Positions 27,533 through 39,457 of a stretch of 64,000 nucleotides of DNA are shown one piece after another. The stretch comes from Octopus vulgaris. Taxonomy: Eukaryota. The notes below the pieces were generated by a model that searched no databases, was not told the DNA's origin, and worked only from the letters and a program-made list of their open reading frames with translations. The translations under genes and the position numbers were made by a program. Location of the stretch: the NCBI GenBank assembly GCA_951406725.2, contig OX597838.1, positions 31,682,001-31,746,000 of the forward strand, given 5' to 3'. Positions within the stretch are counted from its first letter, which is position 1. Every line of letters starts with the position of its first letter.

Positions 27533-29520
27533 TGTGAAACAAATCTTTTGTGGCATTGTTTTTAAACTCATTACACTTTGTTTGAAATGATGGCACCTTT
27601 TTGCTATTTTTCACAGATTTTAGTAACGCTTGGTACTTTAGATAAAAGTTTAAGATTTTTGGTTTAACTGACTCAGTCGTAACACAAAGGATGGATGCCT
27701 TTTGTCAAAGACAAATTATCTTTTCTGCTACAATTTTGACAATTTGTTTAATTGAAGGATCTTTCTTAACTACATTCTCTTCTTTCCCTCATTCAAATAA
27801 GACACATTTTAGTACGTCCTTGTAAGCTGGCAAAACTTGCTCGCTAAGATCACATGGAGTACCAAATATTGGCCATTCAGTAGCATGACGTGTTATTGGC
27901 TCATGAGTCACCAGTAAATGTAAACAGCACTAAATTTAACATGATCATTAATTTTAATACGATGGCCTAAAGTCAAGGTACAAAGCAGAAAACTTCACAT
28001 GTGTACAATGTATGTCCACATGCAACGACCATTGTAGTGGCACTAGAGAGAAGTTCCCTTTCTCTTTATAGTCAATGAGGAATCTCAAGATATTAGTCAA
28101 TTGTATTGAAACTTGGTATACAACCTCTTAAGGATACTATATTTTTTGTTTTGCATTCCGCTGTGTAGAAATATGTATTTGTTACGAGCTATAATCCATG
28201 AAATCCAAATTCAACCAAAAATAGCGATTTTTAAAATTTTCGATTGCATTGTGAAGCTTGTGAAAAAAATATTTAACCGCAAAGTTCTTTATACGCTTTT
28301 TTTAAAACCCTAATTCACAACAATATATCAACTCATTCTTGGTTACCAATTTCGAAAGTTGCATTTTTCGCTCCATCCTACATAATGCCCCTGGTGTAAA
28401 AAAAAATCACCTGAAAGTAGGATACAGTCAAGCGAGACAACTCACATCAGGTCCTTTCTCGTAGCAACAGACATCGATGTTTCATCATTGTTTTCACTTA
28501 TCAATGCCACATACCAAACAATGCCTGCTGCAAGCCACACACACACACACACACTTTTTTATTGACCTTGATCAGTGAATCAGTAGACTAGTTAGAATAT
28601 CACAGTATTTGTTTTGATCAGTTGCACTCTGAGTTCAGATCCCGTTGAGGTTAACTTCATCTTTCATCGTGTGTGGAGGAAGGATGGCAGTAAAAAATAT
28701 TCTAATCCAGAGTGGTGGATTATTAGAACTATTTGAGGGTGGGGACAGGTGAGGCCTTGTGGTGTCTCTTCTGGCAGCAATCTTGCCATGACACTGGTGC
28801 CAAGCTTCATCAGACCAATTCAGTAGACTTTTCTTTGGACAAACACCAGTGCTTTGGAAAGCAGAGACTTGCATACATGAACAACTGCCAGTCTTTCTCA
28901 AAGCATTTTACCCAGATCTGCACATGCATCACGTACACATGTAGATGAATGGTCAACCTTGACTAATGGAGGCTTTGTATTGGTGTCAGCCATTGGACTA
29001 TGCATCACCTTCAACTCCATTGCTATTTTTTATTAACATGGAAAGAATGAAAAGCAAAGTGGATCTGGCAAGGACTGGAGCTTAAAATGGAAATGAACAA
29101 TGTAACAAAATATCACAAGGCATTTCGTCTGACGCTCTACCAATTCTGCCATTTATCTGTCAAAAGAAAATATTTTGTTGAGATAATATTTTTTTTTATA
29201 TATATGTGTGTTGTTTCCATGGCACCTTAAGTGTTTTTTCTTTATTTGAACATAGCCTTAGATTTATGAAAGTCTTGTAAGAGAAATTTGGTGGATAGAA
29301 ACCTGTTGAATGTATATGCATCCAGCTAGCCATATATACATCATTGTCATCATGAATTTAGCATTCACTTTCCCATTCTTGCATGGAGTTCATTGAGGTA
29401 GATGTTCTATGGCCAGATGCCATTCCTCTTGTCAAATCTCACTTGTTTCCAAGTGAGGTAATATTGCTCTATGGCCAGACATGTTTTTGCAGGATATTGG
29501 AAATGAGTGACGTTGCTTGT

Positions 29521-29841
29521 CTAAAGCCCCACTTCATTCAGGAAAGCACCTAAAAGTTCCCCTCCAAGGCACAAGTCTGGGCAAGGTTGTTTATGGAAGA
29601 CTAGCAGTCACTCATGCATACCGGCCTCCCCTCTCCACGCCATTGATGTTATCCAAGGGAAAGGCAAAGACTGATACAGCTTGGCAACAGTGACATTGCA
29701 ACTCATTTCTACAGATGAGTGAACTGGAGCAACGTGAAATAGAGTGTCTTGCTCAACGCAACACAGAGCTCAGTCTGGGAATCAAACTCACTACCTCATG
29801 ATTGTGAGCCCAACGCTCTAAGCACTGAGCCATGTGCCTTC
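29521..29841 (-). mobile_element. Second CORE-type tRNA-derived SINE family, full length
   Basis: Minus strand tRNA head (tggctcagtgcttagagcg...gagtttgattccc) and CORE motif ttgagcaagacact...catctgtagaaatg. 11-bp TSD ac(g/a)ttgcttgt. Confidence 0.8.
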
Positions 29842-31229
29842 ACATTGCTTGTATACACATTGTGTGTGTGTATATGAAACAAAGGATGGTAGAATTTAAA
29901 CTTGGAACAAAAGTAGTTTGTGGTATATAGTTATGTTCCTTTATATTTTGATTAAGTCACTTAATGCTTTATTAGGTTGACTTTCTCTTTCTTCCTTTTG
30001 ACGTCAATAAAATAAATACCAGGCCAATTTCTGAAGTTGGTCTGATCACCTTAATCTTTGATACCCCAGTTCAGTGATTAAAAACACTAAAAATACAACA
30101 TATATTACCTCTGCCTTAGTGAAGGCAAAGGTATTGTTTTCAGCCATCTTTGTTTGTTTGTTTATTTGTCTGTGGATAAGATAACTCAAGAACCTCTGGA
30201 TGGATTTGGATGAAACTTTTTTTTCCAGCTTTATGTTCTGAGTTCAAATGCTGTCAAGGTTGACATTGCCTTTAATGCTTCTGTGGTTGATAAAATAAGC
30301 ACCAATCAGGCACTGGGGTCGATGTGATCAACTAGCCCCTTGCTCAAAATTTCAGGCCCTGTGTCTATAATAGAATTATTTTATTGTTATTGGTGGATAG
30401 ATGCTGTTTTGCTTTGCACCTGATTGAGTAGACTTCTTTGACCTCGTGTAGAACATTAATGTAATGTGTGTTTTGATGGAGATTTGCAGACCAAGTGACT
30501 GCCTAGAAGCAGTCTCCCATTCATTGAAAAGATTTATAAGTTGGTAGAAAGTAGATTGTAGAATGAATATCTTATGACAGGCAGTGGAAACCCAGCAATT
30601 TTACTTTTCCAAGAGGGATGTCATAAAGCAATAAGCCTCATGGCTAAGAAAAGGATCTGCTTTAGTTGTGCGAATGATTTGTTTTGACATGGAATGTTAT
30701 TTTGAATTTGGTTCCACTAAAACATGTGTCAAATTAATATCAGGATGACCTGATGAAATATGTACTCTGGGTCCCCCTCTTTATGTATCTGCCTATCACT
30801 CTTTCCCTCACTCTCTGTCTTTATAAAACACACACACACACACACACACACACGTATGCATGCACACGCACACTTCCTCTGTGTCTGTTTCATAAACATA
30901 ATTACAAAAACAATTTTATACTCAAACAATTACAGATATAGCACACAACCCACACATCCAGACAAACTGTCAAAATACACACACTTGCACATGCACACCC
31001 ATTTATTCACCACTCACTCTTTTACCCCTCCCTTCACTCACTCACTGACAACACACACACATTTATATATACCAATTAACAAATCTATTATGCTAGGCAC
31101 CATTCACCCATTATATTGTTATAGAGGAATGTATATTCAGTCGCTTTTAATGAAATTATTTAATAGGACTTTAGGAGGTTAGACATGGAGAAACTCTTAT
31201 GGTACCTGACATTGTGTTATATGGTAAAC

Positions 31230-31750
31230 TTAACGGGGTGTTTGGTAATCTGTGGCAGTAAGGTACTTGGTCAACTGGGATAATGGGATATTTGGGCAAC
31301 TGTGATAACGATGTGCTAAGTTTAACAATGATAATGTGGAATATGGTGGGCTGTAATGATAAAGTATTTAGCCATCTGTGACAATGTGGTACTTAGCTAG
31401 TGGTGATTGTACTTAGTCAGCTGTGATAATGGGATACTTGACCAGCTGTAATAAAGGAATATTTGATTAGTTGTAGTGATGGGGTACATTATTAGTAATA
31501 ATAATATGTCTTGTTAGACCAGTTGTGATAATGGCTAACTGTAACAATGACCAGTTGTGGTTAGTGAGTATTTGATTAGCTGTGGCAATAGGGTGCTTTA
31601 GCTGGATGTAGAGGTGGGATATGTGGTTGACTATGGTAGTAACCTGCATTTTTGACCAGCTTATTATTTGGTTAGCTGTGACAAGTCTATTAGGCCAGAT
31701 GTGACACTCATACTTGATCACTTGTGATGTGTTTGTTCAGCCAGTTGTGA
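31230..31750. repeat. Degenerate minisatellite, ~25-bp unit (tacttggtcagctgtgataatggga)
   Basis: Units such as tacttggtcaactgggataatggga and tatttgggcaactgtgataacgatg recur in register. Confidence 0.7.
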
Positions 31751-31754
31751 TATA

Positions 31755-32786
31755 CGAGGGGGTAACAAAAAAACACCCCAGAATTTTGCAATATTATTTT
31801 ATTCCCTTACTTTTACATCTGTACACTTTTATCGTCTTCAAAGTATACAATACACCACTCCAGACGTGTTTTCCACTGTTCAAAGCAGTGCTGGAACTCT
31901 TGTGAAGCGATGCCTTTTAATGCTTCTGTTGATTTTTTTCTTCACCTCTTTCACATCTGCAAAACATTTTCCTTTAAGGACTTTTTTCCTTCAGGAGAAC
32001 AAAAAAAAAGTTGCAGGGAGCAAAATCAGGTGAATAGGGATGGATTGTAGGTAAGCGGGGTCATGCCATTTTTAGTCAAAAACTGTCTCACACTCAAGGT
32101 AGTGTGCACAGGCACATTGCTGTGATGAAACCACCATTCTCCATTTTGCCACAGGTCAGGGCATTTTCACATTACCATGTCTTGCAAATGCTTCAGAACT
32201 GCCAAGTAAAATGTCTGGTGAATAGTTTGACCAGGACGAACAAATTGTGTGGACAATTCCTTTTGCAAACAATTCAGCATTGTCATGACATGCATTTTTT
32301 GGGTGTGGTGACATGAATGCTTCCATTAACTTGATTGCTGCTTTGTTTCTGGGTCGTAGCCATAGCAGCAGCTTTCGTCACCAGTGATGACCTTCAGAAC
32401 ATGTTCCAGATCAACTTTCAACTGTTCTCTTCTGAGAGCAAGTGAGGCACAACTTTTTCTGCAACTCTTTTCATTCACAATTCCTTGCTCAAAATTCATT
32501 GGCAGGAGCTCCAGGGCACTGTTCAGCGATGGTCCTCTAAAATCAGTTCATGAATTTTTGTGGTGTTTCATTTATTTGAGAGGTTGACTGTCACCCTGAA
32601 CGAGGTTGGTCTTCAAGCAACAAGCAATGAAGAGGAGAAGCACTACAAAAGAAAGATGCACCATGTGGCAGTACGACATCACCTGCCATTGCCGGTCAGC
32701 AGACTGATGCCTGAGGATCGCATCAAGTGGCTTCTAGTGGCGGAATCTTGAACTACAATGGGATTGTCACACAGAGAACCCCTTTG
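31755..32786 (-). mobile_element. Inactivated mariner transposon (irritans-like)
   Basis: TA|CGAGGGG terminus. Minus-strand HPYSPDFAPCNFFLF...LKGKCFADVKEVK...FQHCFEQWKTRLEWCI, with stops and frameshifts. Confidence 0.85.
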
Positions 32787-33558
32787 TATGTCATAATCAA
32801 CTGAGTTAACAATGTTGGACTCAGGGTTAAGGTGACCTCGCTAGTGCTGGCACCAGGATAAAACTCACCTGTTACACGCTATGTAAAGTGGTTAGTGAAG
32901 TGAGTAGACATTGTAGGGTTGAGAGGGCCCTTTAGTCTTGTCAAGTACACTTTTGTAAAGTGGTTAGTGTGAGAAAGGTTATCCAGCTGTAGAAATGAGA
33001 TCTCTGAATGAGATATGGCCCAACCCAAGCCAGCATAGAAAACAACAACAACAACAACAATAATTATGATGACATTTGGTTTCATTTTATTTCTCCCTTC
33101 TAGTATTTATGTTATAGTTTATAGTGCGGTTAAGTTATTTATTAGGAGAGAGACAGACAGAGCCACTAGTGTTTGAATTGTAGGATCCTCTGCAGTTTAG
33201 GTTTAGTCAGAAGTGTGACATTAGTCCTTCGTTTACACATGCTGTTAGCCAAATTAATTGCAATTTTTAAATTATTCATTTTATATTCTATTCAGATCCT
33301 TTCATGTATTAATTATGTGTGTGTTATTAATTATGTATGTATATAAAAAAAAATCTGAGATTCAGTGATTTTATTGTTATAATATAATATTGATCTGAAT
33401 ATATAGCAGGAGACTGTTCAACTGTATTATCATAAGAATGACAATGATAGAGCAGTAATGTGTGATTATAACAACAATGGCCTTAATAATAATAATAATA
33501 ATAATAATGATAGCATATTCAGTTTAAATGACCGACATTCAACATGTTTTATTTAACA

Positions 33559-33944
33559 CTAGCAGTATCGCCCGGCGTTGCTCGGGTTTGTAAGGGAAAT
33601 AACTATATAAGCATTTTTAGAGAGTTATAGCCAAAAAATAGCAAAAAAATGCATTAAAAATGGAAAACAAATGATGGTAAATTTTTTTTTAAATCGTTGA
33701 CTCATCGTAGACATTTTTAGAGAGTTACTTCCCTTATATAATAGCGAAAAAAATGCATTAAAATGGGAAGAAATGATGGTAAATTTTTTTTTAAATCGTA
33801 GACTCATCGTAGACATGTGCTAATACCCAGAAGGGCTCGATATGAATCACGACTATAAGAGTATCGCCCGGCGTTGCTCGGGTTTGCAAGGGAAATAACT
33901 GTACGTAGGAGACACACACACAACTTGACTTTTATATATAAAGA
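33559..33944 (-). mobile_element. Non-autonomous Helitron with internal rearrangement
   Basis: Same termini as 27135-27532 in reverse; internal duplicated segment and a second copy of the terminal hairpin at ~33860-33900. Confidence 0.85.
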
Positions 33945-35740
33945 TTTTCTCAGAAACAAAACAAGTCACTCTTTAAAACTAACAAATGGATGATCTTCAT
34001 TTTAAAATGATAGCATACTGTTGTTCTGCCAATGTTCAGCTCCACTTCAGCCCTAACTAAAGGCATTCCAACTGTGACCAACCTATCTTTTATTTTGGCA
34101 TCTCTGACAAAATTATCCAAAATATTCCTTTCCCTAAGTAAAGGCAGTATGTGATTTGGGCAACATTTAGCTACTATTTCCAGCTGGTCAAGTGGCCACA
34201 GAAAGGATCCTTCGATATCAAAAAGTTTTCCAGATGAAAATCTAATGCAATTTGGACACAGTTATTTGATTTCACTTCATGTAATTCCACTGCAACCTGT
34301 TGTTACAATTTTAGATTTTAGTTGGCTGTTGTTAGATACAGTGTTCCATAAAAGATTATTGTTAGACTTTGAAATAATGTTGATTACATTTGATATCAGT
34401 TCTATAAAAACCACAAGTAACATGCAAGCATGGTTAAGGAGCTTATTTTGCAAACATGTGGTTTCAGGTTCAGTGTTTGATCTTGGCCAATGCTAGTGCC
34501 GCCTGACTGGCATGCAAAAAGCACAATTCGAGCATGACTGATGTCAGTGCCATTTGACTGGCACTTGTGCTGGTGGCACATAAAATACACCCACTACACT
34601 CTTGGATTGCTTGGCGTTAGGAAGAGCATCCAGCTGTGGTAACTTTGCCAAATCAGATTGGAGCCTGGTGCAGCCTCCCAGCATGCTAGTCCTCAGTCAA
34701 ACAGTCCAACCCATGCCAGCTTGGAAAGTGGACGTTAAAAGATGATAACAATGATGAGTGTGTGTGTGGCTCAGTGGTTAGGGTATTCAATTCAGAATCA
34801 TAAGGTTGTGGGTTTGATACTTTGCAATGTGTTGAGCCTCGGCGGAATTTGAACTTAGAGCGTAGCGGCAGATGAGTTGTATCTGGAAGTCAAAGGACCC
34901 ACTTTGTCATACTTTGTGTCACACTGAATCTCCTTGAAAACCATATTAAGTGCACGTATTTGTGGAGTACTCAGCCACTTGCATGTGAATTTCAGTGGAA
35001 CCCTCATCATTGTAATCAACCGAGTGCCACCACTGAACAACTAGTGTTTATTTGTTTACATGTCTGTAGAACTTAGTGGTTCTACAAAAGAAAACAAAAA
35101 ACAATAATACAATATATACCAAACGGAAAAAAAACTAAATACTGGAGTCAACTTGTTTGACTAAAACACTTTGAAGCACAGTGCTCCAGCATGGCCACGG
35201 CCCAGTGACTGAAACAAGTAATAACCAAAAAGTTAAAACAAGATAATTGAAGAAGAAATAAATGAATAAATTGAAACCGATCTCTGGAATACTTAGTGTT
35301 CACTGTTTCGACCGTTACCCGTTACGTAGAAGATCTGAAAGAAAATGAGAGAGACAGAAGAGTGGTTGATTAAATATTTATTGTAATGTTATTAACAAAC
35401 TTTGCTTTTAGTAGATTTTGTTTCAATAAAGTTTACTTTGATGTGGTATACAATAATTCCTCGACTATCACGGGTGTTACGTCTTCCCTTTCACCTGCAC
35501 GACAGGTGAAAATCCACAAAGTAGAAACAGTACTGTATATTTTTTTTAAGTTATTTTTTATAATTTGTATATATTTATTTTATTATAAATGCAAAACAAC
35601 ACCACGGAGGAATCAACATAAGCTTAAATAATAAACTGCAACAGGTAAACCGCGAAATGGGGAGAGATCATTGTACTCTTTTTATTAGTTTCTGTCATTG
35701 GACTGGGGCCATATTGAGGTGCTGTATGCAAGCGTTTTAA

Positions 35741-36192
35741 CCCTTTCATTACTGTATTTATTTTGAGATGCTCTGTGTTTCTTTCAATTATTTTAAATAT
35801 AACTAGAATTTAGTAAAATAACTTAGTTATCATTAAGCTAGTGTTAGGAATATAAATTGTGACTAAGGTTTGTTGGAAGATTTTAATGCAAAACTTATGT
35901 AAACAAGACATTAGAGCCAGAGGCAGTTTCAGCCAGATTGGTATCGAAAGGGTTAAGAATTGTTTCTCTATTATATATTCATTACTGTATTTATTTTGAG
36001 ATGCTCTGTGTTTCTTTCAATTATTTTAAATATAACTAGAATTTAGTAAAATAACTTAGTTATCATTAAGCTATTGTTAGGAACATAAATTGTGACTAAG
36101 GTTTGTTGGAAGATTTTAATTCAAAACTTATGAAAACAAGACATTTGTACTACAGAGCCAGACCGGTTTCAACCAGGTTGGTAATGAAAGGG
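35741..36192. mobile_element. Two tandem piggyBac-like MITEs (family E) inside a decayed family C SINE
   Basis: TTAA|CCCTTTC...GAAAGGG|TTAA at 35741-35952, plus a second copy at 35978-36192 that lacks the outer part of its left TIR. Confidence 0.8.
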
Positions 36193-36540
36193 TTAAGTCT
36201 ATCATATTGACCCCAGTACTTATTTGACTCTAGTACACCTTCTATCAATACTTGTGTAGTGTCTAAATTCTTACCCTTTGTTTTCTGGTATAAATGGATG
36301 TAACTCTATGTATTGTGCTACAGCAGTTTGTATACTTGTAATACACCTTTGCAGACATACACACACTGTATGCTGTATGCATACATGTATATACCCACAC
36401 AAACACACACATATATAAACTGCTAGCTTTCACACACTTTTTGTATAACATAAGATAGTGGCCAACTCAGGGATACAGCAGAAGACACCTACCCAAAGTA
36501 TTATGCTGTGGGGTCAAATCTAGAACACTATAGTTGCAAA

Positions 36541-36761
36541 GGCAGAACCGTTAGCATGCCAGGCGAAATGTGTAGCCGTATTTCGTCTGCCGTTACATTC
36601 TGAGTTCAAATTCCGCCGAGGTCGACTTTACCTTTCATCCTTTCGGGGTCGATAAATTAAGAACTAGTTACGCACTGGGGTCGATGTAATCGACTTAATT
36701 CGTTTGTCTGTCCTTGTTTGTCCCCTCTGTGTTTAGCCCCTTGTGGGTAGTAAAGAAATAG
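36541..36761 (+). mobile_element. Family B (Nin/Deu-like) SINE, young
   Basis: Reverse complement of 10792-11024 with CpGs largely intact. Confidence 0.85.
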
Positions 36762-37095
36762 GTAACTTCTTAGCCACATGTTTATGCTTCCATTTTTTTT
36801 TTTTGTTTTTGGTGTGACATGAAGAAAATAAAATCACTTGTATTCTCTAACCCTGTCTCCCCAACGCAGTTAACCATTCCTCTCTCACCTCTTTCTCTCT
36901 TCCCCTCTCTCTATATATATCCAGAACTGATGACTAGGATTTGACTGTATAGATTTTAATTTTCAACCACATTTTTTCACTCTTTCCCATGGTTACTTGC
37001 AATAAAAATGTCACAACAACCAAAACCTTCACAGTTAGTTGTAAACTTTGATATAATCTTCAAACTTTTCAGCCATTTCTTTATTTCTCTTTCAG

Positions 37096-37148
37096 GAAAT
37101 TGAAAACATTGGTTTAACCAGTTGTATTTTGAGCCCTCGCACAATTAG
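37096..37148 (+). CDS. BLTP2: Internal coding exon (53 nt, phase 0 to phase 2) of BLTP2/KIAA0100, probably coding exon 3
   Basis: Strong acceptor tttctttatttctctttcag and donor AG|gtaaga. Encodes EIENIGLTSCILSPRTI plus 2 nt. It continues in frame from the exon at 25881 and matches human EIDNLWISSKLLSHDLP (from memory). Confidence 0.85.
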
Positions 37149-38366
37149 GTAAGATGCTTCTTAAAGAACACTACCAGTTTCACTTTGATGTAGAATTATG
37201 TACACATTAGTTGATCATTAGACTAATTAAGTCTCTAAATATCAAAACAGAGGATTTAAAATGGCCTTATTGTTGGTCAAAGTCACAATAAGTTAGATAT
37301 CAGGAAAGTTCATTGATGACTTTGATTAGTTTAATTGCTCTGCTGAGTAAAGAATCTTGTGTTTCGAGGTGGGGGTGGGAATCCTTGTTCTTCATTGGAT
37401 AACAAAGAAGTGAGTGAGAGATGTTACCATTATGGTTGTAAATTTCTTCACACTAAAAATGGCTGAGCTTGGTGGGAGTGGGGAAGAAAGAAAAAAAAAC
37501 ACGAGATTCTTTATTCTTTGTGACAATTGAACTTCACCGAGTTTTCTATGAACTCTTCTCTGAAAACCGTTCCTCAGAGACTATATTTCACCCCATTTCG
37601 ACATTACAATGTCTGTATTTCATATTTAAAAAAGAAATTTCTACTGTTTTATAATGTTGACAGACATTACCATATACAATGACACTGATATGACAGTTTT
37701 CCTGCCCCTGAGTCTGTGCGTGCACATGTATGCACATGTGTGTGTATGTATGCACACGTGTGTGTAATAGGGTCGCTCTATTATCTTGTTTAACCCTCTT
37801 CAGTTATCCAAATTCTATCATATTATAACTGTAATGGGGAAAAAAGGGTCTTTTTTAACCCACTATTCATATGCCATTATTTATAGCTTTATCTGCTTCA
37901 AGATTCATTGTTCTCAAAAGAATTGTTTCATGTTCTCAAAGTTTCTAAATTCTTATGATCCCATTGACATATAATTCTCACTGGTAAGAACAGAGTTTCT
38001 AAAATGGAGACATTTGAAAGGTTGCTTTGGTCTTGTGGTAGAATACATGTTATGTTTACAGGAGATATGGGTTCATATCCCATGGACAGCCTTTGACACT
38101 TTTCTATCCAAAGAGTTTTTTAATCTTATATTTATATGCTATTATTTATAGTTTTATCTGCTTCAAGATTCACCATTCTAAAAAGACTAGATGAATAAAT
38201 TAATTAGTTTTACTGTTTATAGAGAAACAGTTCTTTCATTATCTGTGATTTTTTCCTTGTCAATTTAATTTCGTTAAAGCAATTTCAGTGAGACATCATG
38301 TTTTTTCCTCTATTAGAAATATTACAGAGTTTATGCAAATGATATAGATATTTATATCTATTTTTA

Positions 38367-38785
38367 CATCATCATCATCATTTAGTGTCTGTTTTCCATG
38401 CTGGCATGGGTTGGATGGCTTGACAGGAACTGGTAAGGCCAGGAGCTGCACAAGGTTCCATAATCTGATTTGGCATGGTTTCTATGGCTGGATGCCCTTC
38501 CTAATGCCAACCACTCCACAGTGTTTACTGAGTGCTTTTTATGTGGCACCATCACAGGTGCTTTTTAAGTGGCTCTAGCACCAGTGCTTTTTACGCGGAA
38601 CCTTGGTTTTAGGATCTTAATTGTGTTGTGGTGGGCTGGTCTTCTTAAGTGCAACAATGCACCACATATTCAGCTCCTCTGTCATCTCCTTTGTAAGGCT
38701 CAATGTTTTGAGATTGGTCCTTAAAACTTCATCCCATGTCTTCTTGAGTCTCCCCTTTTTCACAACTTCCCTCTACTTTTAGTTG
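38367..38785 (-). mobile_element. RTE LINE 3' fragment (ORF end, 3' UTR and (GAT)n tail)
   Basis: Minus strand KVEGSCEKG..KKTWDEVLRTNLKTLSLTKEMT (cf. RTE GRPRKTW motif) leads into family A sequence. Confidence 0.75.
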
Positions 38786-39046
38786 AATGAATGCATACAT
38801 ATATGAGTGTATGCATGAGTTGTAGATGACCAAGTCAGTATAATTCTGGGCTACCAGTTGAAGTTTTGGTAGTTTGTACTTGGTCAGAAATACTGCAGTC
38901 TGACCAGGACTATGGAGTTGCAGTTGGAGTCGGAAGCAATTATTGGGTTTATGGATTTGGATTTCTGTAAAAACATGCAAATTCCAACTTGAACTAAATA
39001 TAAATTGTAATATAATGTATCAACATTTCTATTTCAAAATATTAGT

Positions 39047-39457
39047 TTACTCTTTTACTCTTTTACTTGTTTCAGTCATTTGACTGCAGCCATGCTGGAG
39101 CACCGCCTTTAGTTGAGCAAATCGACCCCGGGACTTATTCTTTGTAAGCCCAGTACTTATTCTATCGGTCTCCTTTGCCGAACCGCTAAGTGACGGGGAC
39201 GTGAACACACCAGCATCGGTTGTCAAGCAATGCTAGGGGGACAAACACAGACACACAAACATATACACACACATACATATATATATATATACATATATAC
39301 GACGGGCTTCTTTCAGTTTCCGTCTACCAAATCCACTCACAAGGCATTGGTCGGCCCGGGGCTATAGCAGAAGACACTTGCCCAAGATGCCACGCAGTGG
39401 GACTGAACCCGGAACCATGTGGTTGGTAAACAAGCTATTTACCACACAGCCACTCCT
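39047..39457 (-). mobile_element. Full-length young CORE-type SINE (family C, OR-like)
   Basis: Minus strand A-box tggctgtgtggt, B-box ggttcagtccc, CORE cttgggcaagtgtcttct, internal (TA)/(TG) tract and (gtaaaaga)n tail. Confidence 0.9.

Larger units (their letters stand above)
26008..37095 (+). other. BLTP2: ~11.1 kb GT-AG intron between the two BLTP2 exons
   Basis: Phase-0 gt...ag boundaries join the two exons in frame; no better intervening exon seen. Confidence 0.75.

Noticed and set aside
35524-35537. Sense-strand hammerhead (GAAACAGTACTGTA)
   Set aside because: No CUGANGA core upstream at a workable position.
39380-39457. tRNA gene
   Set aside because: A/B boxes belong to a SINE head; no complete cloverleaf.
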